Positions 41,724 to 57,315 of a stretch of 64,000 bases of DNA are shown here, piece after piece. The stretch lies in NCBI GenBank assembly GCA_964016885.1, contig OZ024748.1:58714001-58778000 (forward strand). The letters are read 5' to 3'. The position numbers were made by a program, and so were the translations under genes. Source of the DNA: Eledone cirrhosa. Taxonomy: Eukaryota. Numbering within the stretch: the first letter of the stretch is position 1; every line of letters starts with the position of its first letter. A model generated the notes under the pieces. That model was not told where the DNA came from. It ran no database searches and was given only the letters and a program-made list of their open reading frames with translations.

Positions 41724-43325
41724 CATGTGTGAGTATGGATGCATCTATATTCGTGTGTGTATGTATTTGTCTCTGCGTATGTGTATTTACTTTGTTTTGT
41801 TTTGTTCTTATATTTAAACGTGTAGGTTTCATAGCAGAAAAAGTCGAATTGAATCTCTGCTAACTAAATATCACTTTAATTATCTTAATGAAAAGCAATT
41901 CACCGACAAAAAACATGGTGGAATGCTTCGTTAATAATATACTTGATTGAATCAGCACAATAGAGAGAGAATTTCTGCTAAAACAAATTAAATGAATAAA
42001 TTTCATAACATGAATTAAATCACTCTTTTTGAAGAAGATTTTCTATTGTATTTTTTCTTACTTTTCTTATCATTTCAAGTTATATTCCTTCCTTTGAATC
42101 AACAATGTACCAAATGGTTTAAGTCTAGTAGTGATGATACAATTTTCAATTGTTCTCTGTTTAAATTCCATGTGCCGCTCTAAGACTTGATATTTGTACA
42201 AACGTATAAGTTGCACTCGACAGTAATTACGAATGACATTTCGCTTACTTTATATATCATAGCATGATAGGTTTCTTTTTGATATAGTTATTTTTTGGCT
42301 TTATTTTGTTGGGGTGGGCTTCATTGTTTGTGGAGTTTTTGTTTCGTTTTGGGGGTTTTCTTTTCAGATTCTCCTTTTCATATAGACGTTAGTCTTGTGT
42401 TTTATATCGTTTTGAAGATGATGTAATGTTTACGTATAGATCGATTATATGGAGATCCAGTGCTATCTACCTTTGTTTGAAATGTGACGGGTAACTGCAT
42501 GGGGCTTCAGATGATTTCTCGCAAATCTTAAGTGAAATAATTAGGCAGAAAACCAGAAATTCCCTTCAAATTTTCCTTCTAATCAGCCATCCTTCCGTTT
42601 TTCAACATCGCTTTCCTTGTTCATTGCTTGATATTTTTCTACGACACTCTTTAATGTATTGCTACAGTTTGTCTATATGTAGCTGTATTCAACATTGTAC
42701 TCCCCTTTTATTTATTTAACTTAGCATTCATACAATAACTGCATATTTGTGTGAAATATAGACATTATACTCTTTCTGAGGAAGTGTAATACTTGCGATT
42801 GAGCATAGGACGATGCAGTTAGCGCTCGTAGACTGATATTGTACAGAAACATATGTTAAGGAATGAACTCTAGATATTTTTTTATCTGCTAACCTTTAAT
42901 TCTTGCTTAGTCATTTGTTTTTTCTTGGTACTATACCTTTACTATATGTGTGTGTGTGTGTGTGTGTGTGTGAAAGGGGCTTCAACGTTGTTTGATTATG
43001 AAAACGTCTAAAACACTGAAGATATAATATATATAGAGTGATATAGATATAGATATATAATATATATAGAGAGAGATATAGATATATAATATATATAGAG
43101 CGATATAGATATATAATATATATAGAGAGATATAGATATATATATAATATATATATATATAGATATAGATTATGAATATATAAATATATAGATATAGATA
43201 TAGATATAGATATATAATATAGATATAGATATAAATATATAATATATATATATAGATATAGATATAAATATATAATATATATATATATAGATATAGGTAT
43301 ATAATAGATATATATATAGATATAG

Positions 43326-43367
<42 letters not shown>

Positions 43368-43641
43368 TATAGATATATATATAATATATATATATATAGA
43401 GAGATATATATATATATATAGATATAGATATATATATAATATATATATATATAGATATAGATATATATATAATATATATATATATAGAGATATATATATA
43501 TAGATATAGATAGATATATATATAATAGATATATATCTATATATATATATATATATAGATATATATATATATTATATATATATATATATAATTTTTATGT
43601 GTATATATGTATATATGTATATATAGATAATGATATATATA

Positions 43642-43687
<46 letters not shown>

Positions 43688-43737
43688 TAATGAAATGACA
43701 GGAGCCTGGATTTGTGTAAATCCTTGAAAGGTTTATT

Positions 43738-43795
43738 ATACTATGATCATTTCAATGACTGGGTTCCGTATGAATCCGGTGATATCATCAGGTAT
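43738..43795 (-). ncRNA. Minimal type I hammerhead ribozyme (family C) in a TA-flanked ~245 bp insert
   Basis: Minus strand: atac-CTGATGA-tatcaccggattc(atacg)gaacccagtcatt-GAAA-tgatca-TA-gtat; stem II pairs 9/13, stem III palindrome 'atgatcat'. Confidence 0.72.
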
Positions 43796-43971
43796 TCGAA
43801 ATATAATAAGTGAATGTAATAGATAACATCCATGGGGCTGAAAATCAAGGACCCGAGGGCGACCGCCATCCACCATCTTCTACCCTTGCCGGAATTGACC
43901 AGCTCTATCCAGTGGTGAACCTCAAAACTGAATAAATATAAATATATATATATATATATATATAGATAAAG

Positions 43972-44037
<66 letters not shown>

Positions 44038-44898
44038 TATAGATGTATATATAATATATATATAGATAGATATATATATATAATATATATATATAGATAG
44101 ATATAGATATAGATATATAATATATATATATAGATATATATATATATATATAATATATATATATATAGATAAATATATATATATATATATAGATAGATAT
44201 AGATATATATATATAATATATATATAGATAGATATAGATATATATATATAATATATATATAGATAGATATAGATATATAATATATATATATAGATAGATA
44301 TAGATATATATATATAATATATATATATATATAGATAGATATAGATATATAGATATAGATAAATATATATATATAGATAGATATAGATATATATATATAA
44401 TATATATATAGATAGCTATAGATATAGATATATATATATAATATATATATAGATAGCTATAGATATAGATATATATATATAATATATATATAGATAGCTA
44501 TAGATATAGATATATATATATAATATATATAGAGATAGCTATAGATAGATAGATATATATATAGATATAGATAGATATATATATATATAGATGTATATAT
44601 ATAATATATATATAGATATAGATATATATATAATTTATATATATATAGATAGATATAGATATATATATAATATATATATATATTATATGTATATATATAT
44701 TATAGATATATAGATAGATAGATAGATATATATATATATAGATATATATGGGGATATAGATATAATATATAGATATATATAATAATATATATATATATAT
44801 ATATAGATATATATGGGGATATAGATATAATATATAGATATAGATATATATAATAATATATATAGATATATATATAGTATATATAGATATATATATAA

Positions 44899-44929
<31 letters not shown>

Positions 44930-45235
44930 ATATATAATATATATATATATATGCATATATATATAATATATATATATACATATATATATATAGATATAGA
45001 TATATATAAAATATATATAAAATATATATATATATATATATATATCTATAGTATATATATATAATATATATATATATATATGTATAGATATATATATAAC
45101 ATATATAATATAGATATATATATAATATATATAATATATATATATATAATATAGATATATATATATAATATATATAATATATATATATATAATATATATA
45201 TATATATATAATATATATATATATATATAATATAT

Positions 45236-45278
<43 letters not shown>

Positions 45279-45722
45279 TATATAATATATATAATATATA
45301 TATATATATATATAGATATATATATATATAGATATATATATGTATATATAGATATAGATATAATATATATATAGATATATATATTTATATGTATATATAG
45401 ATATATATATAATATATATATAGATATATATTTATATATATATATAGATATATATATAATATATATATAGATATATATTTATATATATATATAGATATAT
45501 ATATATAATATATATATATATATAGTTATAGATATAGATATAATATATATAGATATATATATAATATAGATATAGATAGATATAGATATATATATATAAT
45601 ATATATATATATATAGTTATAGATATAGATATAATATATATAGATATATAAATAATATAGATATAGATAGATATATATATATATATATATTATATATATA
45701 ATATAGATATATAGATATATAT

Positions 45723-45764
<42 letters not shown>

Positions 45765-45998
45765 ATATAGATATAGATATAGATATATATATATATTATA
45801 TATATAATATAGATATAGATATAGATATATATATATATTATATATATAATATAGATATAGATATATATATATATTATATATATAATATAGATATATATAT
45901 ATATATATATTATATATATAATATAGATATAGATATATATATATATTATATATATAATATAGATATAGATATATATATATATTATATATATAATATAG

Positions 45999-46030
<32 letters not shown>

Positions 46031-46093
46031 ATATAGATATAGATATATATATATATATATTATATATATAATATTTATATAGATATATATATA

Positions 46094-46131
<38 letters not shown>

Positions 46132-46149
46132 GATATATATATTATATAG

Positions 46150-46188
<39 letters not shown>

Positions 46189-46220
46189 ATATATTATATA
46201 GATATAGATATATATAGATA

Positions 46221-46307
<87 letters not shown>

Positions 46308-46315
46308 TTATATAG

Positions 46316-46358
<43 letters not shown>

Positions 46359-46366
46359 TTATATAG

Positions 46367-46411
<45 letters not shown>

Positions 46412-46419
46412 TTATATAG

Positions 46420-46484
<65 letters not shown>

Positions 46485-46492
46485 TTATATAG

Positions 46493-46535
<43 letters not shown>

Positions 46536-46543
46536 TTATATAG

Positions 46544-46600
<57 letters not shown>

Positions 46601-46606
46601 TTATAT

Positions 46607-46656
<50 letters not shown>

Positions 46657-47874
46657 GATATAGATATATATATATATATATATATAATATATATTATATA
46701 GATATATATATATATATATAGAGATATAATTACGGTATGTACACATTTCTTCTAAGTTTAATTTTACACCTAATTGTGTATGGGTGATGATATATTTAGT
46801 CAGTTTCCACATGCTGTCGAAATGTTGGATAAATATACTATATTGGGGCCACCGCGAAGAGGCCACAGTCGGTTATTTGCCGAAGATTTCTTCATAAGAG
46901 TCTTTCTTCTTATAGCTTGGTCTAATTGATTTTTTGTATGGTTAATTATGCTAATTGGAAGAAGAAACGATATATATTTTATCTAATAATTTATGATATA
47001 TATATATATATATATATAATATATATATATATAGAGATAGATATATGTATAATATATATATAGATATATAATATATATATAGATATAGATATATAATATA
47101 TATATAGATATATAATATAGATATAATATATATATATATATATAGATATATAATATAGATATAATATATAGATATATATATAGATATATGTATAACATAT
47201 AGATAGATATATAATATATATATATAATATATATATTATATGTATATCTATATATATATATATTATATATTATATATATATATTATATGTATATCTATAT
47301 ATATATATTATATATTATATGTATATATTATATATATATATTATATATATATATTATATATCTATATCTATATTATATATATATATATATAGATATAATA
47401 TATATGTATAATATATATATATATATAGATATAATATATATATAATATATATATATAGATATAATATATATGTATAATATATATGTATAATATATATATA
47501 TAGATATAATATATATAGAATATATATATATATGGATATAATATATATATATGTAGAAATATATATAATATATATATAGTTATATAATATATATATTGAT
47601 ACAGATATAGATATATATAATATATATATAATATATATATATATAGATATATATATATAATATATATATAGATAGATATATATATATAATATATATATAG
47701 ATATATATATATAATATATATATATAGATAGATAGATAGATAGATATATAATATATATATAGATATATATATATAATATATATTTATATAATATATATAT
47801 ATAATATATATATATAATATATATATATTATATATATATCTATATCTATAATATATATATATGTCTATATATAG

Positions 47875-48102
47875 ATTTTGAGTATATGTTGGTTGTATAC
47901 CAACACCTCAGTATGCACCTGAGCTCAAGCCGTTTCGACGGCTTGAACTCAGCCGTCGGGGTCCTACTCGTTCATATATATATATATATATATACATATA
48001 GCAAATTGTTTAAGACCCGACGGATATTTCTACTCTACTACCCTAAATATTGAGTACTCTGGTTTGTTATAGTCCACCTGGTTCCTTACCACACTTCCTT
48101 TG

Positions 48103-48104
<2 letters not shown>
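47875..48104. mobile_element. Two TA-separated fragments of family E
   Basis: Hairpin 'ctgagctcaagccgtttcgacggcttgaactcag' and tail 'ttgagtactctggt..gttat.gtc...ctg.ttccttaccacac.tcctt.gtta' shared with 57785-57938. Confidence 0.78.
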
Positions 48105-48156
<52 letters not shown>

Positions 48157-48754
48157 CAAGCATCTTTAAAATCTTTTATCTGATTAGCAAATTGTGTGGT
48201 CAGTGTTCAATCTTCTGTGGAAAAATGTTCACTTCATTTATATTTAGTTTCTTATTAATTTGAGGAAAGACATAGTCTACATCACATTATTCTCATTTCA
48301 AACTTATTGAAATCAATAGGGGTAATTCACTCCCACCTTATCGGTAAGTCTAAACTATAATACTTTACACAGAAAATACAGATTTTGACGATACTTCTTT
48401 CTGCAGTTGTCCAGAAAATAAAAATTTTGTTTTGCTAAATATAACTAATTCTCTGCACGTGGAAAGTATCCATATGATCGGCTTACCAAGACATTAAAGA
48501 TGATCTTAATACACGCTGTTCCATTACGAGATTGTTTTTGTTGTTTTTTATGCTATGGAATAATCGCAGCACAACAAAGAGAGAGAGTGTTTTGACGCTC
48601 CTTAATCCTAACTACTTACAGCTATAGAGAGGGAGCTGTTGATTGTTAAATGCTTTCACCAGAGAACCGGTGACAGGGAAGGACAACTGCCAACTTAAAA
48701 AACACCGAATACATTGCTGGTTGTCTGGTACCCAACTTAGCTTCTGCTGTTTAG

Positions 48755-49335
48755 CAGAGTTATTAAGGTGTTGAACAAATGTTTAGCAGCATTTGTTCCG
48801 AGTCTTTACTTTCTGGATTCAAATCCCACCGAAGTCAATTTTCCCTTTCATGCTTCTGAGACCGATAAAATAAAATATCAGACAACACTGAGGTAGATAT
48901 GATTGACTTTCCCTTACCCAAAAGCCTGTTGACCTTGTGCCTAAATTAAAAGTCATTTGGCAGTATCGGTAGAGGGTTGGACGCCATGCTTTCTAGCACA
49001 GTTACGTCCCTTTACAGTCTGAGTTCAAATCCCGCCGAGGTTACATTTGCCTTTCATCCTTACGGGGTCGATAAAATAAAGTACCAGTAATGTACTGGGT
49101 AATTGCTGGCCTTGTACCTAAAGTAGAAACAATTATTATTACACCGAAGGCGGTGGATTGGAAGTATCGGTAGAACGTCAGACAACCTACTTTGTGGCAG
49201 AGAGTTACGGCCGTTTACGTTATTTGCCTTTCATCCTTGCGGGGCCCATAAAATAAAGCACTGGGGTCGATTTAACCGGCATTCCCCTTCCACTAAAATT
49301 GCTGGCCTTGTGCCTAAATTAGAAATCACCATTAT
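48755..49335 (+). mobile_element. Three tandem Deu/Nin SINEs of different ages
   Basis: Young short copy at 48958-49140; third copy flanked by TSD 'attattattacaccgaa'. Confidence 0.88.
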
Positions 49336-49617
49336 TATTACACCGAAAGACTCCCAACAACCACTGTAATTTTAGGTTTTGAACTATACTTTTGACTCTT
49401 TTAATTTACGACTATGAAAATAGTTGTCATCGGAGTCAATGCGTTTGCTGAAAAGAGACAAATATTTCATTAGCTTGCTACTCTTAGATCCTATGATAAA
49501 AAGACTGCAACGTTGGATACTAAAGAAACTCACTTCAGAATATTCAAAGTTTGAACAATAGAAAAGAAAACTTTGGAATTGTTTAGACTAAACCTAAATG
49601 ATAAATGAACTCTACAT

Positions 49618-49704
<87 letters not shown>

Positions 49705-50399
49705 TTCCCATAGGAAATCTCAGTTAATTATATACTTTAAGAATTGATTGAAGATATTTTTCTTTACTCTCAATTAGATGATTCTGTTAAGTCACCGATA
49801 CGAAATGAAGTTATCGATTCCTTCGTCAAAGAGGAAAATCACTTCATTTTCCATATCCCCCAGTGTACGTAACCGAGACATATATAAACAAAGGACTGTG
49901 AAAAACTACGCTTATTTCTCTAATTTCTGTGTCCTCTAAATTCTAAAAGTTTCGTTAATTACATTATTTTTTTTTGGGGGGGGGGGGTACTGTTAAAGTT
50001 CTAATTCGAGTTAATTATTGCATCTACTTTTGGAAACGAATGCATCTTTAATTAATGTTAAATGTTGATCCATGAAAAATAATGAGAAATTATAGAACAA
50101 AGTTAAAAATATTGCGTCATTTCATATGGTTGGATCCGGTTTGAGCTTAAATATAAGTAGGAATCACTCCTACACTTAGATTTCGTAATTAGAAACACTG
50201 ACAAATTTATTAGCAGCTTATGTATGTATCATAATACCATACATGGCAACATCAGTAAAGTACAGTAATGCTAGCCGATACTCGGCTGTTGATATCATTT
50301 CACAATGTCTCTATTGAAAACTCTTAACTCTCAATAAGCTCCAGTTCACCAGACTTCAAATAAGTATCTACATATGCACAACTGTACGTAGCGTCAACT

Positions 50400-51130
50400 G
50401 TTTTAAAACTTAACACAACACTCTACCATCCAACAATTCAAGAGGTATTTATATTGCTCACAAATCCGGTGACGAAGTCAGGTAAACAACGATACAGATT
50501 TAGTCACTGTACAGCTAAGTACGTTGATCGCGATGGTACGGCGTTTAGATAGGTATCGCTAAGGGATCGGGAGTCGGAGCGAAAACACGGCAGAAGGTGC
50601 TGGTGAAGCAGGTGTGTAAAGTAGTCCGAAGCTTTGTTTCACTGGATTGTGTCCCATTTGAGTTGCAAAGACTGGGCGTCTTCATATTAAAGACCTCGTC
50701 AAATCCAAGTAACCTAGGCCGCCTGGACTTCACTGAATAATCATAGGCATCTCTGGGGGTATTGTAAATATCCTTGTTGTTAAGGATACACATGAGATCA
50801 GCAATGAAAGAAATTTTGGTGATGCTACTGAAAACTGAAGACGAGGTGTCACAGTGAGGTAAGAACTTGTTGGTATCCGGAAACATCGAACAACGCGCCA
50901 CTACATTAAATATTTGGTCTGTCGAAAACGTATCTGATCATAGGTTGGGAAAATAATCACGTACGTATAATCAATTCAATTGATAACCCGCTTCAAAGTC
51001 AGACCCTTCTACCGCGACAAACTTAGCCCAGCGATCTGTCCGCTGTTCAAAGTAAGTCTGGATTGAGTCTTTTACAATGGCATTTAGCTCCGGGGTCGTA
51101 GCAGTCTGTATGATCTCCTCTCGGTTCTCA
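50400..51130 (-). mobile_element. Possible decayed LTR-retrotransposon gag-like coding remnant
   Basis: GC-richer, coding-like but interrupted minus frames with loose resemblance to Ty3/Gypsy gag; no LTRs or pol motifs seen. Confidence 0.25.
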
Positions 51131-52064
51131 AACCAGGAGCCTTACAGTGGCATCTTTATTTCGTAGAACAAGACGTTAGTCAGGAAGAGCAATATTTGAT
51201 AGAGGTAATGCTGGTAGGATTCTTCAACTATTTCGCTCTACATCTGACGTGTGTTTCAGAGACTCGGCAACGTTGGGGTGATGACTGAGCTTTCTTTCCC
51301 GGTACTACCCATACATCTATGTCTCTTCCGTTATGACGATATTCAGGAATTTAGGATCCTTTTTGGGAGTGCTGGTCAAAATGAAAATGCTATAAGTAGG
51401 TAGTACAGCACCACTTACTCTAGCTACCCTGACCGCGACGAGTTCACAAAAAAGAAAACATAGATATGCATGAATGTATGTGGTTCCACATTACACACTT
51501 TTGTCTCTCTAGAAATATTAATACCCACAGGAAAAATACTCGGCTATTTCTTCGACAGGTGTTTTAGCTCCTATCTAACTATATGTCACATATATTATTG
51601 GGTAGGTTTAGAGGCATATTTTCAAGTTTCTGTTCAGTCTGAATTAATCCATACAGAATGACATTTCTATAATCTTTTGATGGATCTTCAGCATCCTCAA
51701 TGCTTTCTGTCAATATTTCAAAGCTATGCCATTAACAGAATTTACCGATTTCACTACATGTTGATTTATCTATTAATGCATGTTTCCAAAAATATTTATT
51801 AATCTATTTTTTTTAAATGATGACGAACTCGCTTTAAGATTCCGACAGAAAATATTTATATATCGTGAGGAAGGAAGTTCGGTTCCTGGAAATGGTGATG
51901 AGCAACACACTTCATTTCAGGTAGCACCATTTCATTCAGCTGTAGACATGTTTTGCGACGTTACTTGTGTCTAAATGTGTGGGTATTTGCCTTTCGCTTG
52001 GTCAACACCGGCGGTGTGGAGCGGAAAGACGCTTGGGCATGGGCGACAGCTTGTTTTTCACTGA

Positions 52065-52450
52065 AACATATTGCCCACTTCTGGGAGGGTCGTGGGGGTA
52101 GAGTCCTTAAACACGTCTTCCACCGGGTCTTTGCAGAAACAATTTTCCAATTGATCAGGCTGGATATCCTCAAGCATGACTAACCGACCTCTTGGATCGT
52201 ATTCAACTATCTTATTCTGGGTCTACCCCAGTTTTTTCTGCTGGTTGGATGTGTCTGTAAAATCTGTCCAATGATTCTTTCCTTAGATATTCTGACTGCA
52301 TGTCCGAAACATCGAGGCTGTGATCTCTAAATTTGGAAGAGTAGCCATTCTACCTGGAGTGATTCCCTGGTCGCCGAGCTACGCACTCTATCGAGTAACA
52401 ATACTTCAATGACCTTTCGGAAAAACCGCATGTCGGCTGCTTGTAATCGT
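52065..52450 (-). mobile_element. RTE (Expander/Rex3-like) LINE 3' remnant
   Basis: Minus translation 'RLQAADMRFFRKV...DRVRSSATRESLQVEWLL..I*RSQPRCFGHAVR...WGRPRIR...RWKTCLRTLPPRP'. Confidence 0.88.
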
Positions 52451-52739
52451 TATCGAATTATTTCGCTCATTACATATGCGTGTGTGTATACACACACATA
52501 CACACACACATGTAATGTACAAGGTGTATATTAAAAAGTCTATATTTCAAAAGGCTATATTTACGAAACAATTTTCCATAAAATCATGCGGTAACATGTA
52601 CGATACATATCTGAATGCAAGGTTCAATTCCCTGTTTATATCTGGTATGAATTTTCATAACGTTATTTACATAGAGCTTTTGTAAAAATTGCAAATGAAA
52701 TGGGATGGTTAGTTTTGATACAGCCTGTATTTTAACAAG

Positions 52740-52897
52740 GCAGCGAATCGGCACAGTCGTTAGAACTAGGCTAGAATGTTTTGTGGTATTCGTTTCGGCT
52801 AACTGTTCTGGGAGCTCAAATCCCGTCGAAGTCAAATTTCACCGTTCACCTTTTTGAGGTCAATAAAATAGTACCAGTATAGTACTGAGGTCGATTC
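52740..52897 (+). mobile_element. Degenerate Deu/Nin SINE
   Basis: 'gagctcaaatcccgtcgaagtc...ttcacctttttgaggtcaataaaatagtaccag'. Confidence 0.75.
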
Positions 52898-53485
52898 CTT
52901 CTCTATATCTCTTTTCACTTCCTCTCTCTGACTTTCTATCCTTCACTGGAAGAAATCTGTCACCAGACCTGAAGAGGGATGGGCTCAACCACGTTTTAAA
53001 ATGCCTTAGAAACGCCATACGTCAATACGGTGCCCCTACAATACTTTCAGAAGTTACGGAGCTATGTATGCATGCATATTAACAGATATGGAGGACCAGA
53101 GAGACGGGGGAGATGACACTGAGAGATCGGCTCCTCTGTGTCCGGACGTGATATACATGTGTGTGTATGTTTACTTCTATTCATCCCTTTTAATACAAAA
53201 CTGACCAGCCTTTGGAGAAAATAACTGCTATTGAACACTCAAACAGATAAGCTAGCATTCGTCAACGATTAACTTAGGAAATCTTTCATGACCATCAGAA
53301 CTATTCGTTGGAAATCAGTTTCCATTATGAATATTTTACAATTAAACTGAATATTAGAGGAAAAAATTAAATATGATTAGTTCTGTCTTTGTAGAATTTA
53401 AACTCTAATAAATTTCTTTCGGATTACTAATAAAATTCAATTGATTCAAAATATCTTATTTCGTTCTATGTATTGTGTATATTAA

Positions 53486-53640
53486 CACTTTAACATTTAA
53501 ACCGGCCATACCCGGTCAGAATTCTGTCACCTCTTTCTGTTCAAACCAGCTGCAACTGGCCACTCATACTGATATTAAGTGTCCCCAAAATAAATAACAT
53601 TGAAATCTCATAGATTCGATATTGTGTATTGAAATATATA
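53486..53640 (-). mobile_element. Partial copy of the piggyBac-type MITE at 5565
   Basis: 'ttaa|cactttaacatttaaaccgg...cacctctttctgttcaaaccagctg' is the reverse complement of the right end of 5565-5763. Confidence 0.6.
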
Positions 53641-53691
53641 TATTGAAATGCGCATAATAAAATACATGGAACTCTTTTAACCATCTTTTGA

Positions 53692-53692
53692 T

Positions 53693-53725
<33 letters not shown>

Positions 53726-54149
53726 TATATATATAATATATATATATAATATATATATATATATAATATATATATATAATATATATATATATATAATATA
53801 TATATATATATAATATATATATATATATAATATATATATATATATAATATATATATATATATAATATATATATATATATAATATATATATATATATAATA
53901 TATATATATATATAATATATATAATATATATATATAATATATATAATATATATATATATATATAATATATATTATATATATATATTATATATATAATATA
54001 TATATATATATATAATATATATTATATATATATATTATATATATAATATATATTATATATATAATATATATTATATATATATTATATATATAATATATAT
54101 TATATATATATTATATATATATATATATTATATATATATTATATATATA

Positions 54150-54218
<69 letters not shown>

Positions 54219-54222
54219 ATAT

Positions 54223-54288
<66 letters not shown>
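53692..54288. repeat. (TA)n satellite
   Basis: Direct reading. Confidence 0.96.
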
Positions 54289-54479
54289 GGGGCGGTGGAT
54301 TGGCACCATCGGTAGAGGGTCGGACGCCATTCTTTCCAGCATAGTTACGTCCCTTTACGATCTGAGTTCAAATCCCGCCGAGGTTGACTTTGCCTTTCAT
54401 CCTTACGGGGTCGATAAAATAAAGTACCAGTAATGCACTGGGTATTTGCTGGACTTGTGCCTAAAGTAGAAACAATTAT
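54289..54479 (+). mobile_element. Full-length Deu/Nin SINE, short subfamily
   Basis: Consensus from 'ggggcggtggattggc' to 'agaaacaattat'. Confidence 0.93.
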
Positions 54480-55088
54480 ATATATAGAGAGAATTTTGTG
54501 TAAATAAGAAATTTCAACAACAAACGTATTTTATTGTCAACGCTTTGCAGTTAAACTACGTTTGATTAGAATAAATTTTATATATGATTAAATTTAATTT
54601 GTTTCATCGGCTTTCATAACGAAACATGGTTTTGAAATTGTATTATATTTTGAAGTTACAATTAAAAATTCTTATTTGATTATTAAAACTTGTTTCATTT
54701 ATATATACATTCGAGTTGAATAATAAATGCATTCGAACGTTTCTTTGTACAAAGTCATAATTGTATGTTCCCCATTTTTCGAAATATTAATCATTAATTT
54801 AGTCCTACTAGTAATATCATTAACTTGAGTTTGATTGATCGATTCGTTTTATTTTATAAGAATGAGAGAAATTATTTCATATTAATATCATTATTCTTTT
54901 TATTAATTTTCAAGACAATAATTTTGTCTTTGTAGATAATATTACTTCCTACTGTTCGTTATTATGTCTGTGAAGTTTTTGTTGCTTCTGTGTGTATGTT
55001 TTTGTTTGCTTCTATGAATTATCTCTTTTATCATTCCATTCAAATGTAATAAATTCTTCGAAATTATTGTTGTCACTTGAGTTAAACT

Positions 55089-55153
<65 letters not shown>

Positions 55154-55734
55154 TTAAATAATGGAGTATGTTTGTGCATAAAACGGAATTAGATATACTG
55201 CAATTAATGAATTCATTATAATAAATATTTAAATATTTATTTCTTTTCAATTATCTATCCGATATGACACACACTTCAAGTTTTAAAACTATTTTAACAT
55301 TTATAAAGTATGTTGAATTTCTTTGTAAAAGATAGCACCAGTTTGTATTTTTTATTTAACAAACTATGAATATTATGAATAATTTCATTTAAGAATGCAT
55401 AGATAATTTTATAATAATGGCACCTGGTTGATAAATGATACCTGGTTGATGATCGATTAGTTGACGAGTTCACGGATCGTTGTATTCTTTGTCTCTTTAT
55501 CTGTAAATATTGATTGCAAACGTTGATTGTGTTCCCATTGGTAAACGATAAGCTCCATAATTAACGAGTGTTTACTTACCTCCTAAGTCTAAGGTCGTGT
55601 TATTAAAGAGATGCCAGTACCAAAAGACCTGTGTCTACTACACACATTACAATTAAGTGATGCCTTTTTGAGACACAACAAAAGCTTCTCGAAATCTGTA
55701 GTAACAATCTGCAGTCCATTATTACACCGAGAGG

Positions 55735-56117
55735 GGAGGGATCGGTAGAGGGTCGGGTGCCAACTTTGCAGCATAGAGTTACGGCCCTTTATGGTCTGAG
55801 TTCAAATCCCGCCGAGGTTAACTTTGCCTTTCATGCTGACGAGTTCGATAACATAAAGTACCTGTAATGCACTGGGATAATGGCTGGCCTTGTGCCAAAA
55901 GTAGAAACAATCATTACACCGAGGCCGGTGGATTGGCAGTATCGCTAGAGGGTCAGACGCCAGGCTTTGCAGCATAGAGTTACGGCCCGTTAAGGTCTAC
56001 GTTCAAATCCCGCTGAGGTTACCTTTGCCTTTAATGCTTACGAGGTCGATAAAATAACGTACCAGTAATGCACTGGGGTAATTTCTGGCCTTTTGCCAAA
56101 AGTAGAAACACTCATTA
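55735..56117 (+). mobile_element. Deu/Nin SINE dimer
   Basis: Two copies; 'attacacc(gag)' recurs before, between and after them. Confidence 0.92.
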
Positions 56118-56208
56118 CACCTTGTTTTCGGAAGCACCATCCTGCCTTTCTTTCACATCCTAGCGTCTCTTTTATTCAAGACAACACAACTACTAAGTTT
56201 TGAAAATA

Positions 56209-56307
56209 AAGGGTGTCCCAAAAAATGTATACATACTTTGATTAGCTGTGCAGGCAATGTTTATTAGAATTATGTTGAAATGTGTATACATTTTGTAGAT
56301 CACACTG
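56209..56307. mobile_element. Tc1/mariner-type MITE related to 22374-22454
   Basis: 'agggtgtcccaaaaaatgtatacatactt' ... 'tgtgtatacattttgtagatcacactg|ta'. Confidence 0.7.
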
Positions 56308-56412
56308 TAGATTTATATATCTAAATATTTCTGCTCCTAACAGTGGGTTTCTGCAATGACACCGCTTCACCACTCATCCACAATAATTACAAACTATTTA
56401 TTTTTGTTACTA

Positions 56413-56603
56413 GGGCGGTGAATTGGCAGTATCAGTAGAGGGTTGGATGCCATGCTTTCTAGCATAGTTACGTCCCTTTACGTTCTGAGTTTAAATCCCG
56501 CCGAGGTTAACTTTGCCTTTCATCCTTACGGGGGTGGATAAAATAAAGTACCAGTAATATACTGAGTAATTGCTAGCCTTGTGCCTAAAGTAGAAACAAT
56601 TAT
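56413..56603 (+). mobile_element. Deu/Nin SINE, short subfamily
   Basis: Consensus; TSD 'ttatttttgtta'. Confidence 0.92.
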
Positions 56604-57315
56604 TTTTGTTATAAAATCTAAGTTTGCTTTATATTTATATTCCTTGAGATTAACTCTCCAAATAACAAATGAAATATTGAGCTCTGCAATGCGTTTTTAG
56701 ATATGGTAAGGATAGTAAGGAGGCAGAAATACTAGCAGGATTTTTTTAATGAACTTCTGATAATTAACTGTATATTTATGTCATAGGGCTTTTTCAATCA
56801 ACGATTTTTTTCTATATATCTAACCTCTCTCTCTCTCTCACACCACACACACACACAAGCAGGCACGCGATGTTTCCTTCGTTTAAGTGAATGTGTTAAC
56901 TCTGATAGAGGATTCTTTTGCTGCATCATTGAGTGCTTAGGGACTACCTCAAATACTTCGACTGTGTTGTCATTTTGCAGTTTCACCTTCGATGTTATTC
57001 TTGAAATTATATATGTGTGTGTAAGTATGTATAATTAATTAATTAACGTATGTGGTAGTTTATAATCGACATTTATTATGCAGGGTAGAGCTCTCAACGA
57101 AGTACACAAGTGGGTTTGTTTACTTTGGGAAAGTGATTTTGATTTCTTCATGTTTTTCCGGGTTTTTTCAGTTCCACTTCTAGCAGCCTGATGAGGTCAT
57201 AATTATTGCATAACTGTTATCGCCGAATTATATATAACAGTGATTATAAATATATGGGGTGAATTATAACTCGTTGACTTGTATTTCATGATTATATATA
57301 TATATATATATATAG

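Larger units (their letters stand above)
43020..48150. repeat. ~5 kb compound (TA)n/GATA satellite field with four short non-repetitive inserts
   Basis: Direct reading; inserts at ~43690-43935, ~46731-46975, ~47875-47973 and ~48001-48104. Confidence 0.95.
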
